Below are positions 50,324 through 64,000 of a stretch of DNA of 64,000 bases, piece after piece. Made by a program: the position numbers and the translations under genes. A model generated the notes under the pieces. The model was not told where the DNA came from. It saw only the letters and a program-made list of their open reading frames with translations, and did no database searches. The DNA is taken from the NCBI GenBank assembly GCA_951406725.2, contig OX597832.1, forward strand, positions 3,596,001-3,660,000, given 5' to 3'. This DNA is from Octopus vulgaris. Taxonomy: Eukaryota. The first letter of the stretch is position 1. The number at the start of each line of letters is the position of its first letter.

Positions 50324-51792
50324 TAGACTGATAAAATAATTCCAAACCAAACTGAAATAAATACAGCGTTTGATACGATTTGGTCGATTAACTAAAAATG
50401 ACAGAGAATGGGACTTCAGAATGGCTGCAGTCCAGTGACTGAAACCAGTGACAGAATAAACGAGCGAAAATGGGCGCGTTTATTGTAGTTAAATATTTAA
50501 TGTTCACAATAGGAAATTGAAACTCGTAATGAAATCAACTTCATCTGGCGATATGGTTATTTTGCTTCAATGTCCGCCCTGTCAGCTTCTGTTTTAGAAT
50601 ACGAGAAATATTAAATATCATGAGACAAGAGACATATCTTATTGTGACTGTTTAGACGGGAAATAAATGAAAGGTCTCAATTTCGAATTCAGATATCGAT
50701 GTACGACAGATAGAAAAGCGGAGGATGTTTTAACAACATTCTAGAACTTTTCACAACACAATAGCATCGTTGTGTGAACGTTCAATGATGGTGACTGTTG
50801 TAACTGTCACTTATTCATTCCTTAGTATTTCATACAATATACTTTACCAACTACGGTCGTTATTGTAATGGTGAAGTCAACCAATTATGCAAGATATCGG
50901 TTACCAGTCGTTCTGTGTTTGAGCTCTAGATTTTTATATAGAATAGTGTGTGAGTTGAATCAAATAAAACTTGAAATAGTCTCTTAATAATTTGTCTTTA
51001 ATATAATTCACGTGGGATTTTTCTGCTTTTACATATTTTAATATGTATTTTTTCATATCTTAATATAATCCACAGGGGATTTTTCTGTCTTTTTACATTC
51101 ATATTTCAACACGGGAGAAAACTGTCTTAGCATAGGAGGTCTAACCTCAATAACCGGGGGGGGGGGGCTTAGAACACATTCACAATTGTTATAATTCAAT
51201 TAAATCCAAAGACATAGTCTTCGCTGATGATGGAAAAATAAAAATTCTGACTTTGGTACAAGACCAGCAGTTTTGAAGGGATTAAAAAGCCGATTATATC
51301 GAACCCCAGTTAAAATACTTAACTGGTATTTTATTTTATCGACTCCAAAAGAATGGAAGATAACGATCTCGGTGGAATTTGATCTCAGAACGTAAAGATC
51401 CAGAAGAAATGCTATTTCTCCGATTTTTGTCCGAAGCGTTAACGATTCAGCACGCTAGATAAAATAAACTGTCTTATTTTGGTACGCGATAACCCATTTT
51501 TAAGGAGGTGCTATATTAAATTAACTGATCCAACTATTAATTTCAATGTTGTTACTCCAGGAAATTCTTCCGAAACTAAACTGAAGCCATGGTGGTATTG
51601 AGTTAATTAGGGTTCCATCCTAACAATGTAAAACTCCTTTCTGTATCAAAATCTAGGAGAATAAGAAAGAAAGCAGTTGAGATGTTAGATACTTTATAAA
51701 ATTATAGAATGAAATTGAAAGACATTGGATAAAACTAAAACGGTAAGAACCACCCCTTCCTAATGAAACAGAACAGATTAATACCGGTTTCC

Positions 51793-51998
51793 AGTTTTTG
51801 GCACCAGGCAGCAAGTTAGGGTTAGTGGGTAAGTCAATTATACCGACCTCAGTGTTCAAATGGTACTTCTTTTATCGACGCTGAAAGGATAAAAGGTAAA
51901 GTCGACCTCAGTGGGACTTGAAATCGGAAGTAAAGTCGGACGAAATGCCGCTATGCATTTGGTTCGGTGTGCTAACGATTCTGCCAGCTCGCCGCTTT
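51793..51998 (-). mobile_element. Family B SINE (a further copy lies at ~51252-51455)
   Basis: Homology to 50150-50323. Confidence 0.7.
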
Positions 51999-52737
51999 CA
52001 AGAAAAAGGTTTAATATCAAAAGAGAAAAATGCAAGCAAAATAGATAAGAAAAACATAGCATCAATAAAAGTGAAAACGTTCTGGAACTGAAGGAAATAA
52101 TTAATCTAAGCAAAATCATGCCAGCTAGTAAAGTGATGTCGCTTTTTCCATGAGAAATAACTTATTTGAAGTGACCTAAATATGCTGAATAGACGCAAAG
52201 AAGAATGTTTAACAACAGATGATACAGCAACAGCTCCATCTTTACCACCACCATCACCACCAACAGCAGCAGCAGCAGCAGCAGAAATGAAAACATTAAA
52301 AGAAAATATGGAACGAAAATATTCTGCACAATGAATGCAAAAGATTTAATATACAGTAACACCACAAAGAGTGGCTTTGCATGACTATTGGCAATTTCAT
52401 CAGCACAATAAAAATTCCACCTAACCAGCACGAATTTATAGTTCAGTGAATTAATATATAAAACGACCATTACTAACACGTGACTGGTTATCAGAGAGGA
52501 AACCTATTAACCTTCGAAACCGAAATCATTCTTAGACATTTTGCAATAGGGTGATTGTTCATCTGAAAAGTAACAACATATTACTCCGGATTTGTAAAAG
52601 AGTTAGAAAAGAATGTTATAAGAGAATCACCAAGCACCTTTGCTTCGCATCCATCAACGTATTCTTCTCCAATAAGCACCAGGTCTGACTGGCGAGTGCA
52701 CCAGGAGGCACATTGCATATAATACTTATTTCTGTAT

Positions 52738-53151
52738 TTTTTGCTTGCTTCAGTCATTAGACTACGGCCATGCGAGGGAACCACCTTGAAGAATTTTAGT
52801 CAAATGAATCAGTCCCAGTACTTATTAGTTTATAAAGCCTGGTACTTATTCTATCGGCCCTTTTGCCAAACCACTAAGTTACGGGGACGTAAACACACCA
52901 ACGCCGGTTCTCAAGTGGTGGTGGTGGACAAACACACACAAAGACACACACCCACACACATATATACACATACTCACACACACACATACACGATGGGCTT
53001 CCTTTAGATTCTCTCCACCAAATCAACTCAAGGTTTGATCATCCCGAAGCTATAGTAGAAGAATCTTGCCCAAGGTGCCACGCAGTGGGATTGAACCCGG
53101 AACCATATGGTTGGGAAGCAAACGTCTTACCACACAGCTACGCCTGCGCCT
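52738..53151 (-). mobile_element. Family A SINE
   Basis: Reverse-complement homology to 6570-6990. Confidence 0.78.
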
Positions 53152-54540
53152 AGGATGCAAGTTTTCGAGAGAGACTAGCTTGTATCCTGTTTTCGCTCGC
53201 TGCTTTGAGCCAACTCCCTGAAGGAGAAGCAAATGCAACAGGAATTCTGTCCAGATTCAAACTCTGAACTAGTAGTTAAATGGCTAGTACTCTTGGTATA
53301 TTTCATGGGAAAATAGACTTCCATCAATCCTTTTAGTCAGTTTGGTTTTCCCATTTCATGATTCATTTGTGGTGATAAAACAGTGATAGACTGTGATAAA
53401 CAGTGATAGAGCTTTTTCATTCTCTCTTTACTTCAGAAAATTACTGCAGAAGCCGCCATAGCAGCCCTAATTTCATTTAAAGCTTGAATTTCTTTTATAA
53501 AGTTTGCTATACACATGAAGTATTTGTCACACAGAGATTGCTGTGATTTATGTCCAGCTTGAATTTCTATAGGTAAAACATCGAAACATTGTGAGGATGT
53601 TTCAGAAGGATGTTGCGTCTCTGAGATAGAACAATTGGTAAAAGTGTTTAGTTACGTGTTTACCACCTGAACTATTTGGGAGTAGGGAGATGTGAGGAAG
53701 ACGAAAGGTGGGCTAAGACTAAATTGGAAGGGGAAGCGGTTGTTTGTTTTCTGAATTCAAATCAACGGTAGGTCTTCTGCTATATGTATGAGAGAATATC
53801 GTTCACACGGCCTTTGAGAATCGATAGCAGATCATAAGGGAAAACGTTACACGTGGTAGACTGACATCCTATACAAAATTGTGTGTGGGTGCATAAGTAG
53901 AAATGTAAGTTTGGTAACTGAAGTACTTATATTCTTAGCAAGTGACTTAGAACATTTATATGGTTGATTTCGCCTCCTTACACTTACAGTAATATATAAT
54001 GTATTACTGACACAGGCAAACTACACACTCACACAAACCTCAAGCACACTACCCCACTACACCTTCCTATACATACACTTATTAATTTTCATCATATGAA
54101 AACGTGTACTATACTCATATTTCTCTCAAAAACGATCGACCTTAATGCAAACATATCCATTCTAATGCCATTTGAACTTAAGATTCCCGATAAATGTAAG
54201 ACATTTTCCTTTTTCTAAGTTTTATGTATATGTCTCGTTGGTTATCTTAAAAGTGCTACATTCTCTTTTGTTAGGATTCATTGATAATTTTCCCGGGAAC
54301 TGATATGTTCTACTTATTAAGGGAAATAAAATGTATTTAAGATCATATCTTTAAACATCTCATATAGTCACCTCATCAAAAATATATTAATTAGCATAAA
54401 AGTACTTTCTTAATTTCTGTTCCGTAACCAATTGCATACTGGGCCGTCCTTGAACGGTTTCAGTAGCAAAATCCTTCATCTCTGTAGAAGGAAATGTATG
54501 ACTCTCACAATGTAACGCAACAGATTCTGTGAGAAAAGGG

Positions 54541-54602
<62 letters not shown>

Positions 54603-54681
54603 AGGGAAAAATACTCGCCTCTACCTCGTATCAGATTGGTAAAGCTGATATTAGCAGAATTCAAACTCAGAGTACTTGAAT

Positions 54682-54779
54682 AGGCGAAGGTAAAGAATAC
54701 GCACCACAACCCGTTTTCGGCGGTTAGGTTTAAGGTTACGCCGAAAGCGGGTGGTGTGCGTATTCTTTAACCTCCACCC
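54682..54779. mobile_element. Small palindromic MITE-like element with a telomere-like core
   Basis: Arms AAAGAATACGCACCACAACCCGTTTTCGGCG / CGCCGAAAGCGGGTGGTGTGCGTATTCTTT around GTTAGGTTTAAGGTTA. Confidence 0.6.
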
Positions 54780-54888
54780 TTGAATAACTACAGTAAGCTG
54801 CTCTCACAACTTATAAACATACAAGTTCATCTAGCATTTACCAATAATTTCACTTTTGTTATAACATTTAGAGAACATCATGCAAAAA

Positions 54889-55271
54889 TCTCTCTCTATA
54901 TAAACGGCAGTTTGTCTGTGTGTGTGTTTCTGTGTGTCTGTTTGCTTGTACCCTCACCCTGACCACGGCTTTCAACCGATTCTCATGAAACTTGACACAC
55001 ACATAGCCCAATGTCATAATTCAAAACTAACGCAGCGAAAATTTTGAAAAGTTCCCCCAGTTCTGAAAAAATCGATAAATTCGACATGGGGTCGAGAATC
55101 AGAAACACAAACCACAGACTGTCTAGGGGACGCAACTCCACCTTTTTAACTCTAAAAAAATTTACCATAATTTTTTTCCCATTTTTTTGCTATATTTTGG
55201 CTATAACTATCTAAAAATGCTTTATAGTTATTTCCCTTACAAACCCGAGCAACGCCGGGCGATACTGCTAG
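54889..55271 (+). mobile_element. Non-autonomous Helitron (383 bp)
   Basis: A|TC...TATATAAA 5' end; (CTGT/GT)n tract; 3' hairpin CCCGAGCAACGCCGGG then CTAG|T; no TSD. Confidence 0.78.
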
Positions 55272-55444
55272 TCTTATATAAGTAAATTGAGTAGACTCAG
55301 ACAACTATAGGATTATAACAAAATAACTAATACTATTATGCTGCAATTTTTTTTATAGGCATGAACAAAGTCACAACAACATATTTACATACAGACATGC
55401 CACGATATACATTTCTAATATCCTACATGTGTCTTCATATATTA

Positions 55445-56544
55445 TGAAGTTATCAAGAAAGTTCTTGCGGTTTTTAACCTTTAAATTCAGATGCATATAT
55501 CTCGGCTCAAACAAAACTTTTTTAATCGAAATAAACGCCATCAGAATCAACACACCTTTGCCAACGCGAAGCAAATTTATTTATGTCAGTAGCGTAAAAC
55601 TCCTGCGTTCTGATAGCGAAGAAGTCATTGAAGGCCTGTTTGGCATCGTCTTGGCTTTTGAAGCATTTCCCACGCAGGAAGTTGTCAAGACGCTTGAAAA
55701 AGTGGTAAGTCGTTAGGCAAGAGGTCTGGTGAGTATGGTGGATGAGGCAGAGTTTCGTAGCCCAATTCGTTCAACTTCTGCAGAGTCAGTTATGCGACGT
55801 GCAGTCGAGCGTTGTCGTGGAGAGGATTGGTTCTTTTTCTATTAACCAATGCTGGCTGTTGTCGGAGTTCCTTACGCATTTCATCCATTTGCTGACAGTA
55901 CTTCTCCGCCGTAATGGTTCCGCCTGGATCCAAAAATGTGATGGATGAGACCGGCTGCAGACCACCAAACAGTCACCATGTCCTTCTTTTGGTGCAACTT
56001 TGGCTTCGGTATGTGCCATGGAGCTTCGTCGGCGTCCAACCACTGAGCTGCGCGTTGCCGGTTGTCGTAAAGAATCCACTTTTCATCGCAAGTCACAATC
56101 CGATCGAGAAACGGGTCGTTCTTGTTGCGTAAAAGAAGGGAAGACGACACTTCAAAGTGGTGTTTTTTTCTTTTTTTGGTTGTCGTTCAATTCGTGCTGC
56201 ACCCATTTCTTAAGTATTTTTGTTTTTCCAATCTCTTTCAAGTGGTTGGAAATTGTCGTATACGTTACGTCTAATTCAGAAGCAAGCTCTCAAACAGTTG
56301 TGCGTGGATTGGCTTCCACTAAGGCTCTTAGTTGATAGTTGTAAACATCCGATGGCCGACCACTACGTTTATCATCTTCATAACTCTCGTCACCGCTTCG
56401 AAATTTCTTGAAGCACCATTGTGCTGTACGTTCATTAGTGGTTCCTGGGCCAAACGCATCGTTGATATCGCGAGCTATTTCAGTAGCTTTTCGACCCAGC
56501 TTGAACTGGAATTAAAAAATTGTGCGAATTTGCTTTTTGTCCAT
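55445..56544 (-). pseudogene. Decayed mariner (DD34D, Hsmar1/Mos1-like) transposase with one terminal TIR
   Basis: MDKKQIRTIF...GRKA...[55 protein letters not shown]; stops and frameshifts; CDS remnant 55522-56544. Confidence 0.88.
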
Positions 56545-57239
56545 GTTGTATTCAACGTTCCGGAAAAAATGGCCTAATTAGTCAAAAAGAAAAAGAGTAA
56601 TACGATTAGACAGAGCGAAAAACGGGATTTAAAATATCATTTAAACTCGAATTTCTAACATCGCTTATGCCAGGTGCTGCTTAAAGCTTGAGTTATAATA
56701 GCACTGTTTTCTGGAACGTCAGACACGCACTGTATAGAGACCATTTTATCATTCCTTTCGTTAGCATTACTTATCTCATCCACACTGCTAGCACTACACG
56801 CAAACTATGCTTTGCAACAATAAACACATTCTTACACAAATATCTCAGTTCTTCACAAGTAAGAACTTGATCTGACCACTTATATACAGTACTTAGGTGA
56901 GGATGAAAAATTTCGGGTAAAACCACCTTGAATTTTTATTTGTTTTACAAAGAGCTTCCAACAGAAGACATAAATGTAATAGCATTCTAACCAGATTCAA
57001 AATCCGAAGTTGTGGATAATGGTTAACATGCAGTTTAGTTTCCTAAAAACATGTGTAATTAAATTGTGACGGAAACCATAAGTGACGACAGTGAAATCCC
57101 TTAATTTCATTATAACATGGAAACGATGCACAGAACGTATATATAGTTCTTTTCGCCGTTTCCGATTCGATTTTGCTGCATATACTCATACAAAAATGTA
57201 GTGAGTCAAGGAAGCCGTACTTTGTTGTCGCGAATTAGC

Positions 57240-57820
57240 ACAGTTGTGCTTTGGTAACTGCAGCTAATCGGAGCTGGTCGCGTGGCTATAAATATAATGT
57301 CATCCGTCCAGAAAGAAGGAAAGTTCCAGTCAACCAGTCACACTTTTTCATAATGTATAGCTTCTGGTATTTTTATCAACTTTCAACTACCAGTTTACAT
57401 TAAACTCGCCATGACTACACATACCATTCGCCTTAGCTATGACCTACCCTTTTTTAGTTAGTTGGCGAACAATTGGCACAACTGTCATAGGTCTCCTTTA
57501 AACATACTAACTCCGCCTGCCAGTTTATATCGGCTTATGACTAAAGCATTCCTTTAAACGTACGTTATGGCTCCCCTGATTCAAACATCCAGGCCACATC
57601 GGCGCTTGTTACGTATACAATAAATGTTTTGTTATGTATTTGGCTTCTGATATTTCTTTCTTAGTTGTCAACATTCATTCAAGCCAACTTACATTCGTTG
57701 ACTTCACCAATACGCTCAACTTAGTAACGCTCTCCATATTGGTTCTTTTACAGTGGTAACATTTCCCCCACGCTCCATTTGAACCCGTTACAATGTTAAT
57801 AAAACTTTACTCGTTCTGCA
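57240..57820 (-). pseudogene. Possible fossil PIF1-like (Helitron) helicase fragment
   Basis: Broken motifs in the expected order on the minus strand: GSNGAWGK (Walker A-like), *QAPM (DEAPM-like), AGGVSMFKGDL*QL (FGG...GDFRQL-like). Confidence 0.3.
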
Positions 57821-59312
57821 TTGTCACGTGAGTTTCTTCTTGGCGAATATCCACTGTCCATCAATAGTCTGTGCATGGACGCTCACATCGTTGGATCAAC
57901 TAAATTTAAACGGTTCACAATTGACTATATCTATGTGGCCTAAACTAACACAGAAAGCCCACCTATCAGGTATCAAATACGTCCGTGGTAATACTGCGTT
58001 ATTATGAGCCAAAATGTTTCGCGCGTATGACTGAGGATCTCTGCCTTTTTATATACCCATTCCCAGTGCACCAAAGAACTAATTCCATCAAGCCACTTAG
58101 CCTGATGAGACTTTCGATGCAAACATTTCTGGAGTTATGGAATTTCAAATTGTTACTTCTGGTGCATATTAACCGCGTATTAAATAAAATTCCGTAGACA
58201 AATATGGGGCATTGATTTTATTTTCAGTCTTGGCAACAAATTGTTTCTTGATCAAACTCGACCAATCATAAGAGACTACCTAGCTGTTCCAAATAATGGT
58301 TATAAAACTTTAATAAAAAGTGAGAGCTTGTTCGCTATTCTCCTACTCTAGTCACATAATTTCTGTCTCATAGTCGAAACAGAGAACACTACAGCATCAA
58401 TCTTAGGTTGGGCAGCATCTACCATGGCTGCTTTCATTTTAGTCAAAATAGTTTACCTGTTGAATTACAGTTGCCAAACCTGCTATCAACCGACAAGTAT
58501 ATTTACCTCATTCACACACCTGTTTTTATTCACCATGAAGGATTTGTTACACAGACACTTACTTGTTAATAATTTCAAGTTAAGTTATTCGGAACGCTTA
58601 CATGGATAATTTGGTCTTGTTGCACACATACAAAGATATGTATCACCGACATGAACTAAAGCGCCCGCGCACACGCACAATTTTATTAACTTACATCATA
58701 TGAAAATGTACTATTCTCATTAGGTTTCTCTCACAAATGATCAATTTAAATGCGAACATTCCCATACCATTTGCCATTTGAACTCAAGATTCATGCTAAT
58801 TGTAAGAGACATCATAGACTGATACATTTTCTTTTTTGCTAATTTTTTACTTATATATATATCGTTGTTTATCTTAAAAGTACTACATTTTCTTGTTAGG
58901 ATTCATTGATAATTTTCCCTGGAGCCGATGTGTTCTACTCAACGGAAATAAAATGTATTTAAAATCACATCTTTAAGCATCATCTCATACATTCACCCCA
59001 TTAAAAATATATTAGTTTGCATAAACCCATTTCTTTCTTAATTTCCGTTCTGTGCTCTATTGCACACTATGCCGCCCTTGAACGGTTTCAGTAGCAAATT
59101 GGCTTTTCTGTGAAGAGTGGAAATCTTGCCCTCGTTCAACCCCTCTCCGTTTCTGTAGAAAGAGGCACCACGGTTCCCACAGTATAAGGCGTAGGAGAGA
59201 GAGAGAGAGCGAGAGAGAGAGAGAGCAAGAGAGAGAGAGAGAGTGAGCGCGAGAGAGAGAGCGAAAGAGAGAGAGAGAGAAAGAAAGAGAAAGAAAGAAA
59301 GAAAGAAAGAAA

Positions 59313-59365
<53 letters not shown>

Positions 59366-59819
59366 AAAAGAAATTGAAAAAGAAAGAGAGCTCCAGTGCT
59401 AGACAGATTTTTTTTAAATGAAAAACTAGGGTGAACTCGACAGGATTTGAACTAACTGCTTGAACAAATACAATAAAGAGTTGTATCAGACACCCTAACA
59501 ATCCTTCAAGCCACAAGTAACAAAGTGCCACTTTGTGAGCAAACTAATTTACTTGTAATGTCAATATCATAGAAATAGAGTTACGAAATGCAGACAGGAA
59601 AACAAGAAAAAATTAACTAACATCGTCTAAATTTGACATAGATGAAAGAACAGACTCTTACAAATATAGAATGATTTTAAAACACCTGTAGTACAGCTGA
59701 GAGGGTAAGAAAAGACATTATAAACATACTCAAGCCCCTGAGACAAGTTTCTGAGAAAGGACCTTCACGAAAACCTGCAATGAGAACATTATTATAATGA
59801 TTAAGAGCAGGAACATCTG

Positions 59820-60500
59820 TTTGCGGAAACAAAAGATTACATCACTTTCTGGCGTGATTACCAAGCCTGAATGTGTAAAAGACTAATCAAGAGAATATTT
59901 TCCACTAGTCATTGCATAAAGTTATGAGCATATAAGTCTGTGATCGGCGCCTGATGTAAAGCCTAGAACATTGACGCTAATGATTCTGATTAATTTTTTT
60001 TTTGTCGAATGGAAGTTCCGTGTCCCATTGAATGCAGTGGCTAGTTCGCAGGGTGCAGTGTGTGCTTGGCAATATTCCAAGTGCCAAGTACTCATCCTAC
60101 TTGATTAAAACTACAGCTTTATTAAAATGCCAAAATAGGTTCCGCACTGCAAATGCCGCAGTCTCGGCACACGTCCTTCGGCAGGTAAAGACAGCATACT
60201 CAGTGCTCGAGGAATGAAAGCTGCATGTATTGACTTCCTGTATTTCAACCGTTTCTAATTTCATCCGATATTCCACAAGATATGTTTCAGTAGTTGTACC
60301 ACCGAAGTAATGTTCGCATTAGCCGTCTCTAGTAATAGGGTCTACCAGTTAAAGTAACCGCAAAAAATAAGTGGGGACAACCCTTAACCAAAAAAGTGTT
60401 CCATTGATATGAAGAGGTTTTTCCAGCAGATGAAATGCAAAGCCACTGATTTCGGATAGTTTACATCGGGAGTTGAATGGAAATCTAAGCCTCAGCTCTT
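59820..60500 (-). pseudogene. Possible fossil hAT (ZMYM1-like) transposase fragment
   Basis: Degraded motifs STPDV and YNY*NIS (YDNASNMS-like), plus a C..AV.YFG-like segment, in the expected order; heavily frameshifted. Confidence 0.25.
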
Positions 60501-61552
60501 TTTACAGTTTTGCACATGAAATAGCACTTATTCTAGATGGATCTATAAATACGTGAACATGTTTTTCTTTTCAATGTCACGGAGAACAAACGTTAACTTT
60601 TTTTGTGAGCACTAAAGTACCAAAATCTGAGCCAGATATTCAGCAGAGTAATGAACATAGAATTTTATAAAAAGGTCTCCGATCTTCGTACTTTCCTCAC
60701 CAATGCAATTACATCTCGCCTCACGCAGCTGCAAATGCTAGCAGTCATGAAAAAACCGCGCTGATGAATATATTTTAAAGTGCAAACAAGTCGAGGAGAG
60801 CTACTGTCTTTACTTCGGTCATTACGAGCAATCACTTGCACTATTCCATTCTCTGCAGCTCTCTACATATTACAAAATTCCTCGCATATCTGTTAAGGAT
60901 CGGACATTGTACACTTTCGTTCCTCCGAATCTAAAGACATGCAGCTTCACAACATCACATCGGTAATACTGCTATCGCTTAAAGCCAAGTTTTCTCTCTG
61001 GCGTTGCATCTAACTTTAATTTAATCTTTACCTTTGGACATATCCAATACATTTTAGCACTTGTCAAAATATTATGAACAAAATAAGTGATTTGATATTT
61101 GTAAATTTTCCGTGGCAGGAACGGTGCGTTAAAATTTCAACAGCCAGATATATTTATAGATGTTCGTTGCCTACACATGTCATGAATTTGGCGGTCTAAT
61201 AGCTGACAATGCGAAACTGGACAATATGTACGGTATTTATTTTCTAATACGTGAGTGAGTATATACCACAGTACCAATTATAATCGTATAAGCAAAGTAA
61301 AAAGAGTTGGTTACCTTATAACCGTTAGCACAATAACGAGACTTACCCTCTCACAGTTCGCCCCTAACTGCCTACTGGCTCATTCTATCTACTATAATAT
61401 TCTTGTCTTTCTCCGTCACAACATATAAGAAAGGAAGGAGTGATAGATGAATAAGGAAGGAAGGGGTGATAGCCAACTTGGTAGTGGGATGATGGAAATT
61501 CTACGGTGAAAAAAATCAACTGCGTGAGTATGTGTGTGTATGCAAAAGAGAG

Positions 61553-61599
<47 letters not shown>

Positions 61600-61899
61600 C
61601 AATGGAAGTGGGATGGTGAACATTCAACGCTGAAAAGAAAAATCAAACAACGATTTCAACTGTGTGAGTATATGTGTGTATGTGTGTGCGTGTACAAGGG
61701 AAGAATGTGAACGTATCTGATTATTATGTACCTTATATATAAAATACAATTAACCATCATTTTTGACGGCACGGGGTCAGCTAGTTTATAACATGCATCC
61801 TGTCCACTGTCAGTCACGTGCGGGAGTATCCACACTCCGAGAAATGCAGTTTTAAACTGTGCATTTCTCGGAGTGTGGGTATACACTTTTCTCCTCCAT

Positions 61900-62650
61900 A
61901 TCTCCCCTAAAAAAAAAAAGAAAAGAAAAGATCAACTCCAAACGGAGTTCAATACTTTTTCTACTTTAGGTCAACCATTAAAGGTTCTGGAAATTTCATT
62001 TTTCTAGTACTACTCCGAACGGGTGTGTCAGTTTATCTGGTGATAGTGCTCCAAACAGTGTACATAAAATCCATAGGTTCTGCTTTCTTTGCATTTATAT
62101 CCTCGGGGTATCTTTTTCTCGACTGGCTTGCATGTCTTGAAATCAAATTTTTGTCTTTTTGCCTTTTTACCATATAGATCGGTTTTCCAATTCTATTACA
62201 AATAATACCGTCCTCTCATTATTGTTTTCCATATCTGTACGATTTCACCAACTTCAAAATTTTTCGTTGCAGCGCTTTTGTCATTGTTATTCCAAGTCTT
62301 TTTCTCTACTTCATAGTAGTTTGTTGAATATGGACTTAATCTTTCTTGCGAACATTAATTCGGCTGGAGATTTACCTGATGCGTTTGGAGTAAATCTGTA
62401 CACCCTTAGAAATTTTATTAATACCGGATCAATCTTTCTGTTGTTCGCTTTTCTTAACGTCCTCTTGAATGTGTCCACGAACCGTTCCGCCAGATCATTT
62501 GACCGTGGGTGATATTGTGGCGTAGTTATATGATCAATTTGGAACATCTGGCAGATATCTCTGAATTGAGACTCCGTAAACCGTGTCCCATTATCGGACA
62601 ATGGTATACGGTATACTATATCGAGCAAATATCTCGTGGAGGAAATCAAT
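61900..62650 (-). pseudogene. Gypsy (Mag-like) integrase remnant
   Basis: SDNGTRFT..QF..C....IDHITTPQYHPRSNDLAERFVDTFK...FLRVYRFTPN..GKSPAELMFAR; purine tract at ~61900-61910 on the minus strand. Confidence 0.8.
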
Positions 62651-64000
62651 TATTACAGAGGATGTAGGGTATTTTCATTTACACACTTCTTGTCATTTTG
62701 TGTAGCTAACCACAAATGTGGGTCTCCAATTTAATATTTTGCTTGCCATTGTATTCCTGTTCCTCACTAATTTTGAAGAGTGGAATACATCAAGGACGAC
62801 AATTTGAAAAGAGAGACCAGTTCGCTCCAAGTGGAGCGTAAACGGTTACGAGACTTAATATTCTTTTGGTTTCTTCAGTTATCAAAACGATTGTTTGTTC
62901 CTTTACATCTTAACAACTCGGAAGCAACACAAATATCAATACAAAATAACAATCACTAAAGGAAAGGTGATTGTAGTCATCCAATAATAAAGCTATTCCC
63001 AGTAGTTTGTATACACTGATCCCGCTATCTCTACCAATTGGTTGGAGATCATTTAACAAGTTCGCCGATCAACTATTACACCTATCTCTCGAGTGTAATA
63101 GTTTTTTTTATTACTAATCCTTTAGTAGAAATAAAAAAATATAGCTGTCGGTCATTGGAAAGTAGCGGTAAAATTACTATATTTGCAGATTTGCCAGCAT
63201 CTCACCAGTTCTCCAGCTTCTGGTCAGCCAAAGTTTTGAGAATCAGCCGAACAACATTCTTCCCCACTGATTCTACAACTTTCTATTCTTTTACTTGCGT
63301 CAATACAATAAATTACTAGTCAAGTACTTTGGTCAATTTACATTGCTATAAAATCTGCTAAATGTGGATAAATGTGTATAATATGTGTATAATAAAATGT
63401 GTATAATAAAAACCAAAGACATCAATTACAAGACGAATTAGCAGAAGGAATGTATGTGCTACTGTTGATTGTGATAGTGTTGTTGTTGTTGATGATGATG
63501 GTAGTGGTGGTGGTGGTGTTGGTGGTGGTTGTGGTGTTGATGTTAAATGTTTTGGAAAGTAAATTTTACCGTTGACCTTGACGGAAGTGTGACTACTTGC
63601 CCCTTCTCTGTTCTTTCACAGTTTTGACGAGTGTACATTGCCTTTAATTTTGATGATGTTGGTTCTTGTTTTTATTTTGATGATAATGTTGTTTAGGTAG
63701 TTTTTTTATTTTTGTTGTAGCTGCAGTTGTAGTAGTTTGTGTTATTAGAGGATGTTGTTTTAGTGTTTGCTTTTCAAGAGGACGGAAATTCCTACAAGTG
63801 AACTATCCTTCCGCACCCATATCAGTTTGGCTTCCTGCCCTCTGCTACAGACATTTCGTGAAACCTTTAAAATCATTCAGATATTTCCCTCAGCTATTGA
63901 TAACACCTGGAAACTTTACTCTATCCTCGACCAGTTCTCCTGGGAGGAATATCTAAAAGTTATCCCATAGAAATCTGCCAAAAGAGCCACTGAAAACAAT

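Noticed and set aside
63440-63770. Thr/Asn/Val-rich low-complexity stretch
   Set aside because: Degenerate (TGT/TGG/TGA)n trinucleotide repeats with no supported coding context.

Overview
AT-rich, repeat-dense animal genomic DNA. It is most likely a coleoid cephalopod (Octopus-like), inferred from the tRNA-derived SINE families and the (TA)n/(TATG)n microsatellites. The only recognisable host gene is the 3' end of a spliced type IV collagen alpha-chain gene on the + strand: 7 coding exons at 2833-11927, covering the end of the Gly-X-Y helix and the complete NC1 domain. The rest is transposon landscape. It holds three decayed mariners, a pogo (DD35D) element with TIRs and a TA TSD, and a 2.95-kb Gypsy/Mag-type LTR element with RT/RNase H deleted in frame. 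There are also three RTE-clade LINE fragments, non-autonomous Helitrons, MITEs and many SINEs. The most striking unexplained structure is a set of short inserts in (TA)n tracts that carry hammerhead-ribozyme motifs. One is a complete type I hammerhead at 20153-20233; two are long fold-back palindromes whose axis lies 7-8 nt upstream of a hammerhead 3' half. These point to Penelope-like/retrozyme-like elements. Most ORFs in the supplied track are microsatellite or TE artefacts.
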